Origin: a virus
DNA: 43,180 nt
IMG/VR virus record: IMGVR_UViG_3300045591_000031
Strand: one strand, 5' to 3'
The position numbers and the translations under genes were made by a program. The notes beneath the pieces were generated by a model, which was given only the letters and a program-made list of their open reading frames with translations, ran no database searches and was not told the DNA's origin. Shown here piece by piece: positions 1 to 7,060 of the stretch (position 1 is its first letter; the number at the start of each line of letters is the position of its first letter).

Positions 1-127
1 TGCGGAAAATGCTTAAGCATCGGATAAATTATGGTATTGAGCAGTATCTCGGTCTTTTTCTGCAGTTTGAGCGTAAAATCATCCATTATCATGCACCTCA
101 CAGCCACTTATATTATCACACCCCCCC
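1..127. repeat. 127-bp terminal overlap, identical to 43054..43180 (circular-assembly redundancy)
   Basis: Base-by-base comparison: tgcggaaaatgcttaagc...tattatcacaccccccc occurs at both ends. It contains the 5' part of avd on the minus strand. Confidence 0.9.
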
Positions 128-139
128 TTTAAATGTAAA
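112..139 (-). promoter_or_regulatory. Sigma70-like promoter upstream of avd/DGR: -35 TTTACA, 16-nt spacer containing G7, TGt-GATAAT extended -10
   Basis: Minus strand reads TTTACA(139-134) tttaaagggggggtgt GATAAT(117-112). The -35 lies in the last codons of the tail-fibre gene. The avd SD (GAGGTG) and ATG (86-84, equal to 43139-43137) follow. Confidence 0.45.
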
Positions 140-818
140 CTGCTCCGGAACCAAAAGATCCGGAGATCAGCTTGACATCGCTTGCGGCATCGATCGTGTC
201 CACCATGATGCACTTGTAATCAGAGGAGTCGATCAGGCTCTGGATCCGGAGTTTGAAGACTGTCCTCGTGATGTCTCTGTGCAGGTGCCCGACCAGGTTA
301 AGAGTCTGTTGATTGATCTGATCGGTGGCTGCATCAATCATGCTCTGCGCAGTTGACCGGGAGATCCAGGCAGTGCCGTCCACTGTGATGTTTACCGACG
401 ATGCACTGGCGATCGCCAGCACGATATCCTCGGTGATGCTGATCGGATATTTGCCGTCATATGCAGGGATTGTCTCCCCGGAGTCCGTTGCATAGGACGC
501 GGCAAAGATGATACTGCCTTTGTCCGGATCTGCCGCATAGATCGCAGACTCTGTCCACTGATAGGCAGCAGTTGTTGCGGCTTTGTTGTCCACGTCTACC
601 GTCAGATGGACTCCGGTGTCATCCGGAAGTGCAGAGACGGACCCAAAAGTAAAAGAGTCCATCTCCTTTTTTAGCGAGGTCAGCCCTGCAATATCAGCGG
701 CTGTCAGCGTTCCGGATCCGATTTTAAAGCTGATAAGCTTAAGAGCAGTAGTGCCGGACATCACCTTTTCAAGCAGGGTTTCACCCGCGTTGGTTAGAAT
801 AAAATCTGAAAAAGCCAT
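129..818 (-). CDS. Tail fibre / tail-collar fibre-like protein (229 aa)
   Basis: The N-terminus MAFSDFILTNAGETLLEKV... resembles the N-terminal collar domain of P2 gpH-type fibres. It is the last gene of the baseplate block. Confidence 0.55.
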   Translation of the reverse strand: MAFSDFILTNAGETLLEKVMSGTTALKLISFKIGSGTLTAADIAGLTSLKKEMDSFTFGSVSALPDDTGVHLTVDVDNKAATTAAYQWTESAIYAADPDKGSIIFAASYATDSGETIPAYDGKYPISITEDIVLAIASASSVNITVDGTAWISRSTAQSMIDAATDQINQQTLNLVGHLHRDITRTVFKLRIQSLIDSSDYKCIMVDTIDAASDVKLISGSFGSGAVYI

Positions 819-1403
819 TTAGCCCTCCCTTCTGATGATCTGAGATCTGATGATCTTCGTTTGCCTGATCATCCCGAGTCCGATAAAGCGGTCTTCTCTC
901 ATGAGGTCATAGCGATACACTTTTCTGAGGTGCGATCTGCAGTTCTTTGCGTCCTCTAAAGCGGTGTCAAAGGTGCCGATGTCTGCATCCGCTGCGGACT
1001 TAGGCACCCGGATGTCAAACTCATAAGGCTTTGCCGTGGGGTCATTTAGGTCCTTATACTCAACTACTCTTGTTCCGATACCGAAGATGGTCCTGGCAAG
1101 ATCCTCTACCGTCCACTTTGTGCCAGCTCGCATGTACCAGAGCAGGCTGCTTTTGATTAACTCCCGCTTCTTCTGGGTCTCATACGTCTGGTCATAATGC
1201 TGCGTCCGAAGCTCTATAGCTAAAGCGTCCAGTACATCATCACTTGCATTGTCAATCGCAGGATAGATCAGGTCATACTGCATCAGATCCATGATCTTGT
1301 CCGTCTGGACTTTGAGTGCATACGAAAAAGCCTTGACTGCTGGTTCAGATTGTAAAGCTGGCGGGATAATGTCCGTTACCTGCAGGTCCTTTGTCTTAAC
1401 CAT
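819..1403 (-). CDS. Baseplate/tail protein, P2 gpI-like (194 aa)
   Basis: Lies directly downstream of the baseplate J gene. Size and sequence pattern (PPALQSEP...AFSYAL...) match gpI/XkdU-type proteins. Confidence 0.5.
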   Translation of the reverse strand: MVKTKDLQVTDIIPPALQSEPAVKAFSYALKVQTDKIMDLMQYDLIYPAIDNASDDVLDALAIELRTQHYDQTYETQKKRELIKSSLLWYMRAGTKWTVEDLARTIFGIGTRVVEYKDLNDPTAKPYEFDIRVPKSAADADIGTFDTALEDAKNCRSHLRKVYRYDLMREDRFIGLGMIRQTKIIRSQIIRREG

Positions 1404-2841
1404 TTACGATCCCTCCGTAGTTGACTGTGATCGAGTCTGCCACTGCCACAGCGGTCTTGTCGATCTGCGTGATTGTTGGCGACGTGACAGTGCACTGCAC
1501 AGCCCCAACATCTCTTAAGAGCGCTGTCAGCTCTGACGGATCAATTGGTCGTCCGATCTGGGAGCACTGCCATGTCTGGTACTGCTCCACCGCATCTGCT
1601 ACATCGTCTTGGATCGTCTCAGCAGCCTTTTCATCACTCTTTGCGATGTGATAAGTTAAAACAATATTGTAATTCGTGATGGCCGGATCCTTGACATAGA
1701 CCGTATCCGTCAGCGGCCTGCTGTCGTCCGCAGACAGACTGTCATAGATCTGCTGCTTGATCTCATCACTTAAGAGCTGTCCGTCCTCTCCAATTACGTA
1801 GATGTCAACCTCTCCTGGGGTAGGTGAGAGCACCTGAGCGTCCTTGACAGCGCTGGAAAAGGCCAGAGCCTTTGTCCTGTACGCGTAGGTCGGGCCAGTT
1901 GTCGTATAAGTCAAAGGCGCATCATAAATTCGCTGTCTCAGATCATCATCGTCTTCGGCATCAGCTCCGCCGCTTGAGACATCGAGGTTCATCACGTCAT
2001 CAACCCCGTCAATCTCATCAATCATCTCATTGATCTCGCTCGGCTGAAAGCCGTTTCCGATTGCTCCGGGAGTCTCACAGGTGGCTGTCACCTTTGCGAT
2101 TCTCGAAGAGTTCTGCCCGCCGATTGCGGCTGTGCTGGTGATTGCAGAGAGGTTAGGGATGGTCAGCTCAGTCTCTGTCAGAGCGTTTTCTGCCGCCCCG
2201 TTGCCAACTTCCCCGGGCTCATCGGCTGCAGTGTCAATTGATATTGAGGTCTCTCCCGCTGCCAGCGTGGACTGTGTCGTAGCCCTGAAGCTATACACCC
2301 CGTCGGCGGAGGAAAACTCTGTACCCGCAGGGATCACGATATCAGAGCCGTAAGCAGAGCTCAGCGTGATTGTGACCGTTGAACTTGCATAAGTCGCGGC
2401 TTCGATCACCGCCTCCTGATCCGTTGTAAAATAGACATCATCCTCTCCGGTGACCTCTGTGCCTACAGGGATGGTGATATCGGCTGACGGCTCTTCCTCT
2501 GCCATAAACTGCAAGGTGCAGATTGCAGGGACAGCGTCATTTCTGGAGACGCCTTTAAGCGCGCCGAGATGATCCAGATATTCTCCGTAGGCGTATTTAA
2601 GGAAATTCATTTTCGCATTCCGATCGATCAGATTGACCATCTGATCTAAGATATCGGCTGCTGACAGGATGACTGCCCGCATCGGGTCCGTCCTTGTCAA
2701 CTGGAAGTCCTTTCCGGTCAGCTCAGACATCTTCTCGCTGTAGTCAGCGATCATATCTGTCTCGATCGATTCCGCGGATATGCCATCCGTAAAATCGAGA
2801 TCCGGAATGCCTTCCAGAACTTCGTCCAACGATTTACTCAT
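1396..2841 (-). CDS. Baseplate J-like protein (P2 gpJ / Mu gp47 / XkdT family), 481 aa
   Basis: Synteny gpW-gpJ-gpI, size, and J-like N- and C-terminal regions with a Thr/Ser/Ala-rich central insertion. Confidence 0.7.
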   Translation of the reverse strand: MSKSLDEVLEGIPDLDFTDGISAESIETDMIADYSEKMSELTGKDFQLTRTDPMRAVILSAADILDQMVNLIDRNAKMNFLKYAYGEYLDHLGALKGVSRNDAVPAICTLQFMAEEEPSADITIPVGTEVTGEDDVYFTTDQEAVIEAATYASSTVTITLSSAYGSDIVIPAGTEFSSADGVYSFRATTQSTLAAGETSISIDTAADEPGEVGNGAAENALTETELTIPNLSAITSTAAIGGQNSSRIAKVTATCETPGAIGNGFQPSEINEMIDEIDGVDDVMNLDVSSGGADAEDDDDLRQRIYDAPLTYTTTGPTYAYRTKALAFSSAVKDAQVLSPTPGEVDIYVIGEDGQLLSDEIKQQIYDSLSADDSRPLTDTVYVKDPAITNYNIVLTYHIAKSDEKAAETIQDDVADAVEQYQTWQCSQIGRPIDPSELTALLRDVGAVQCTVTSPTITQIDKTAVAVADSITVNYGGIVNG

Positions 2842-3163
2842 CGCTTTCCTCCTCTATTAAATCGGTATCTGCTCCTCTTAGATAGATCGTGGGGAGGAGC
2901 TTGCCGTTGAGATCATCTCTACCCATCTCTACCCGGTCAAGCTCTACTCTTGGATCCATCGCAGGGATGACATCCTTAAGATCAGCCGCCAGCATATTGG
3001 CAGCAACAGGGGCAGGCTTGTCCAGGAAACTGAAATCAATGCCGAACTCTCTGTCTAAAGGATATGACCCCTTAGGCGTCTGCAGCAGAAACTGCAGCCC
3101 CCTGTCTATTTCTTTTAAGGTCTGCTCATCATAAGCAGAATCAATGATAAGATGCATCGTCAT
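2834..3163 (-). CDS. Baseplate wedge protein, GPW/gp25-like (109 aa)
   Basis: LQTPKGSYPLDREFGIDFSFLD matches the gp25/GpW signature region. It sits upstream of the J gene. Confidence 0.65.
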   Translation of the reverse strand: MTMHLIIDSAYDEQTLKEIDRGLQFLLQTPKGSYPLDREFGIDFSFLDKPAPVAANMLAADLKDVIPAMDPRVELDRVEMGRDDLNGKLLPTIYLRGADTDLIEEESDE

Positions 3164-3549
3164 ACCTCCTCTACACTCACAGCGGCCGTGGCGGCTATGG
3201 GCTCTCCATTTGACCAGGCTGTGTAATCCGTGTTCAGAGACGTGATCCGCACATCCTTATAAAAGACGGAGGATCCGCCAAGGATGAACTTGAGCACAGT
3301 ACCCTTTTTTGCATACGTCCTGAGTGTATGGCAGGCTTCCTTTACATCCACCCCCAGACTCGTAAAGAGCGGGAGATTAAAGGACCCTGTGGACCTCGCT
3401 GTGCCGTTGTACTGCGTGCCCGGTCTCTTATTGATGTAATTGATCTCGCTGATTCTCGGCGAGTCCGTCCGGCTGAAGCTGTTAAAGGACATCACCTTAT
3501 CCTGCGAGACCTCAAAGGGGATATCCCCCAGCTGTCCAACTACTCCCAT
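3160..3549 (-). CDS. Tail/baseplate protein with P2 GpU-like pattern (129 aa)
   Basis: The pattern F.V....F....R.......RPGTQY.G....F.L.L parallels P2 GpU. Called by position and pattern only. Confidence 0.4.
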   Translation of the reverse strand: MGVVGQLGDIPFEVSQDKVMSFNSFSRTDSPRISEINYINKRPGTQYNGTARSTGSFNLPLFTSLGVDVKEACHTLRTYAKKGTVLKFILGGSSVFYKDVRITSLNTDYTAWSNGEPIAATAAVSVEEV

Positions 3550-3551
3550 AC

Positions 3552-3893
3552 CTAAAACTCCTTCGTTCCGCTATCTGTTTTAAAGATGATGGACTTTGCC
3601 TTGATCGTAAGCTCTCTGCCATCGATCTGCCACTTATCCTTGGTCGGGAGTGTCTTCGGCTTACTACCTTGGCCGTTATAAAACTCGCCCAGGCAGTAAG
3701 CAGAGCCAATGTCGTCATCAATCAGGACAAGCACCTGAGCGCCTTTGTCTGGCATGCGGGTAGACTTAGCAAAGCCGCAGCAGACGCAGACATCATCAAG
3801 CGCTTCTTTCTCTTTTCCCGTATCATCAAAGAGCACCCTGACGGTGCCCTTCTTGTAGTTCACTTTCTTGACTGTTGCTCTTCTGATCCGCAT
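3552..3893 (-). CDS. Baseplate spike/assembly protein, gpV / Mu gp45-like (113 aa)
   Basis: Small OB-fold-like protein immediately after the hub gene (ATVKKVNYKKGTVRVLFDD...). Confidence 0.5.
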   Translation of the reverse strand: MRIRRATVKKVNYKKGTVRVLFDDTGKEKEALDDVCVCCGFAKSTRMPDKGAQVLVLIDDDIGSAYCLGEFYNGQGSKPKTLPTKDKWQIDGRELTIKAKSIIFKTDSGTKEF

Positions 3894-3894
3894 A

Positions 3895-6708
3895 TCACAC
3901 CTTCTTCAGCACCTGGAATGTTGTGTTGTTAAATCGGCCAATCTTAGACAGGCCGTGCGCTCTGGCATAAGCGGCAGAGCAGTGGACATCAATACCAAGA
4001 CCATGCCAGGTTGGGCCACCCTGTGCTTCCTCGTAATCGACAACTTTCAGGATCTTACCGTTTAGTGGATGTCGGCTGTCTGTGATCTTGATATAGCTCC
4101 CCCGCGGAACTTTAGAAAAGTTGTTACTTGCTACGCACAGACCTGTCCAGTCCTTGACGGCGGTCCGCTTGAGCCAGCTCCCGTAAGGGGTAGTGTAATA
4201 CGAAAAACTCGCCTTGAGCGTCTTCGCTATCTTGTACTCGCCCTTGGATGTGGTCAGCCTGCCGTGCTTATTAACTGATGTTATCTTCGAGCTATCCGCC
4301 TTCTTTTGCGGAGTGGACAGTGACGTGAGCTCTGCACTGCTGACCCAGCCTAAGACCTTAGTCTTTTTCTCGACCTTTTTATACTTGATCGTCAAGCTCT
4401 TAGCGTCGCCTGGCTTATAATTTTTATCCGTATGATAGATCAGGATGCCCTTTTTCCCATGCGTCCGATCGTCCACGGTGTACTGTTTCCCGTTGATCGT
4501 GACTTTGGAGCCAATCGGGAGCCAGTCACAGGCGCAGGAGTGATTTGTGAGCTTGCGGCCAGTTGAGCCATTGCCGGACTTGCTCGTGTAGCCCTGCACG
4601 CTGACCGCCTTTTTCTGCCATTTGGAGTAGGTCGGAAGGCTCTCGATCTGGTATGTGTACTTGCCTTTCTTGTCCACCTTCCGGATCTTAACCTTCATAC
4701 CGCCTTTGATCTTTGTGGCTTTTCCGCCTTTAGATGAGCTATGCACATATCCGCCCTTAAACTTGGCCTTGCTTCCCTTTTTCCGGTAAGTCTTGCCGCC
4801 GTTGGAGCTGTTGATCTTATGCATCTCAATCTCCTGCGTGTAAAATCCGGAAGAAGACGGCTGATGCGTGACTTGATCCAGAAACCACTTGCCCGCGAGC
4901 TTGCCCCAATCGGAGGACAGCTTGACGGTGTTGGCGGCCTTGACTTTCTTGTAGCCTCCGGGGATCGTCATAGTTAGCTTTTCGATTCCCTCATTGGCCT
5001 GAGCCATCTTGTACTTGGCGATCCTCTTGGCGTCGGCCTTATCGTATCCGGCCGTATCTACCGCCAGAGTCCGGGAGATGTTGTGCTTATGGACGACTCT
5101 CACTGTCTTCAGTTTAGCGTTCTTCCGGTTTTTCCCTTTGCCTTTCCCGAGGTACACGTAGCTGTATACCGTCTTGCGGAATACCCGTTTAACGGCCACC
5201 TGATTGGAGTACTCTTTGGTGGTGGTGTAGTTCTTTCCCGTTGACTTATAGACCCGGGACTTATCCACCCCGGAGTCATTTCCTCCGTCAATTCCCAGAT
5301 GGATATATCCCAGGATCCCAGATGTGCGGTGGACCTTTCGGCACATGAGCGCACCAGATGTCCCGCCCCGGGTATTCCCCTCATAGGTCTCGATGTTATG
5401 CGCACTGTGCACCTTATAGACCAGGCCCACATGCTGCACGGAGGATCCGCCAGAAAAATTAAATACTACTGCATCCCCTGGGTGAGGCGTGTGGGACCAT
5501 CTGCCGTGCTGGATCGCCCAGTTTTTCCAGTTCGGCGCATAATCCGGATTAGGCAGGCCCGCTATAGCGTGCCCATTCCCTGATTTTCGCAAGCACCACC
5601 GGACGTAGGCTCCACACCATGGCCCAGGCTGCCCGTATTTACTTCCGGACCTTGTGCCTATCTGCGATCGGCAGGTTTTAAAGAGATCCGCGAGCTTTCC
5701 CGTGGCCTTTGAGGCGCTCCGCATCCAGACCTTTTTGGTGTAAGTTTTGGTTGTGGCGATCTTGGCCCAACCATCGTCATAGAGCTTAACCACTTTCAGC
5801 CGGGCGCCCTTTTTAAAGGTGCCTGTTGACACCGCATGCCCGCTCTTACTCTTCCGGGCTTTCACCGGGCGTTTAAGCGTAGCCTGCTGGTAGTAGGTGT
5901 AGGTCGTCTTGATTTTTTTATGGCCAACACTGACCTTGACATCCTTCTTTTTCTTTTTGTCCTGATAGGTGTTGGTCGCGTAGGTATAAGCGCCCAGGAT
6001 ATCATTGGTGTACTCATATCCCGACGCCGCCACCGACCGCTTGAGGGTAACAGCAGCGGCTTTCTGCGCATACCTTGACGCACTATATACATACAGCGTC
6101 CGGTTGGTGATCTTAACCCGGAGGCCGTATCGCTCACACAGATCAATTACAAAATCGCTGTCCGTCGCCCCGTCCTGCTGGATCGTCTTAACCTTGATCG
6201 TCGGTCCGTAGTACTTGAGCGTCATTTTGTTCCGGCTTGCAATCTTTTTAATAATCGCTTTAGCCGTTGTCTTTTTATAGGTTTTGTGGTGCTCCGTCGA
6301 GGAAAAGCCAGAGTATGATGGCATGGACAGCGCCTGCACGCTGACAGCCTCCGGCTCCGGTCCTGAGATGCTCGCACTGTCTACATACATCTTGCCAGTC
6401 TTGATCGTCGTGTCTGGCTGGATCGTCCAGTCCTTGGTCTTTATTGCGAGCGTAGCCGTCGAACCCTTAGCGGGAAGCCCCTTTTTAAGATAATTAAGGT
6501 CGCTGTTATCCAGGGAAAACTCCGCACTATCGCTGGACCCGTGGGCCACATCCGTGTAGGTGGCGGAGTCGATCAGCCTGGAGGAGACGCTCCGGCCTCC
6601 GAGCGTTGCAGTAACGGAAATAGACCGAGGATTCTGCGTCGTTCCGGAACTGGTCTTCTTGGAGTTTGCTTTGACCTCCTGATTAACTTTTGCCTTGGAT
6701 GTTGTCAT
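3895..6708 (-). CDS. Baseplate hub (late control gpD / Mu gp44-like) fused to an SH3-like domain, a CHAP peptidase domain and two C-terminal 3D/RlpA-like DPBB domains (937 aa)
   Basis: gpD-like N- and C-regions (SRLIDSATYTDVAHGSSDSAEFSL..., KWFLDQVTHQPSSSGFYTQEIEMHK). CHAP motifs: GPWCGAYVRWC (Cys near 5612) and VQHVGLVY (His near 5435). 3D-like segments: GYTS..STGRKL..CACDWLPIGSKVTINGKQYTVDDR and VASNNFSKVPRGSYIKITD...ILKVVDYE...GIDVHCS. Confidence 0.75.
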   Translation of the reverse strand: MTTSKAKVNQEVKANSKKTSSGTTQNPRSISVTATLGGRSVSSRLIDSATYTDVAHGSSDSAEFSLDNSDLNYLKKGLPAKGSTATLAIKTKDWTIQPDTTIKTGKMYVDSASISGPEPEAVSVQALSMPSYSGFSSTEHHKTYKKTTAKAIIKKIASRNKMTLKYYGPTIKVKTIQQDGATDSDFVIDLCERYGLRVKITNRTLYVYSASRYAQKAAAVTLKRSVAASGYEYTNDILGAYTYATNTYQDKKKKKDVKVSVGHKKIKTTYTYYQQATLKRPVKARKSKSGHAVSTGTFKKGARLKVVKLYDDGWAKIATTKTYTKKVWMRSASKATGKLADLFKTCRSQIGTRSGSKYGQPGPWCGAYVRWCLRKSGNGHAIAGLPNPDYAPNWKNWAIQHGRWSHTPHPGDAVVFNFSGGSSVQHVGLVYKVHSAHNIETYEGNTRGGTSGALMCRKVHRTSGILGYIHLGIDGGNDSGVDKSRVYKSTGKNYTTTKEYSNQVAVKRVFRKTVYSYVYLGKGKGKNRKNAKLKTVRVVHKHNISRTLAVDTAGYDKADAKRIAKYKMAQANEGIEKLTMTIPGGYKKVKAANTVKLSSDWGKLAGKWFLDQVTHQPSSSGFYTQEIEMHKINSSNGGKTYRKKGSKAKFKGGYVHSSSKGGKATKIKGGMKVKIRKVDKKGKYTYQIESLPTYSKWQKKAVSVQGYTSKSGNGSTGRKLTNHSCACDWLPIGSKVTINGKQYTVDDRTHGKKGILIYHTDKNYKPGDAKSLTIKYKKVEKKTKVLGWVSSAELTSLSTPQKKADSSKITSVNKHGRLTTSKGEYKIAKTLKASFSYYTTPYGSWLKRTAVKDWTGLCVASNNFSKVPRGSYIKITDSRHPLNGKILKVVDYEEAQGGPTWHGLGIDVHCSAAYARAHGLSKIGRFNNTTFQVLKKV

Positions 6709-6715
6709 AACTCAC

Positions 6716-7060
6716 CTACCAGTCGATGCCGTTCCCATTGTCAGGGACAGCAGCACTATCGTAAGCATCATCCTCCGTATCGACGTTAGGATCCTCATCA
6801 TAGCTTGCGTCATCGTCGGAGTCAGCATCGTCCGGAAGATCGTCCGCGGAAGTATCCGGGAGAAGCTCATCGTCATAGGTTGAGTCTTCCTCGTCAATTA
6901 CATCTGGGATTGTGACTTCGACGCCCGCAGGAAAGACGGCAGTGTCAAGCAGCGGCAGATTGGCCTGCATCAGCTGATCCACCAGGAGATGATCGTCCAT
7001 CTGGTCATAAGCGATCTTGTCAAAAGTGTCGCCCTGAGTCGTCACATAAGTCTCCGGCAT
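6716..7060 (-). CDS. Tail protein X (P2 gpX, LysM-like) with an acidic C-terminal tail of about 60 aa (114 aa)
   Basis: TYVTTQGDTFDKIAY...LMQANLPLLD...FPAGVEVTIPDV parallels P2 gpX. The stop/start overlap with the tape measure gene is TAATG-style at 7060. Confidence 0.7.
   Translation of the reverse strand: MPETYVTTQGDTFDKIAYDQMDDHLLVDQLMQANLPLLDTAVFPAGVEVTIPDVIDEEDSTYDDELLPDTSADDLPDDADSDDDASYDEDPNVDTEDDAYDSAAVPDNGNGIDW

Noticed and set aside
9-356. 115-aa plus-strand ORF at the window start
   Set aside because: It lies antisense to the duplicated avd 5' end, the DGR promoter and the tail-fibre 3' end. It has no RBS and a low-complexity His/Leu-rich sequence, so it is a shadow ORF.
5109-6146. 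Nested ORFs inside the hub gene (for example 5109-5432 and 5862-6146 minus; 5299-5583 plus)
   Set aside because: They are alternative-frame or antisense ORFs within a gene whose main frame carries clear gpD, SH3 and CHAP motifs. They have no independent RBS or motifs.
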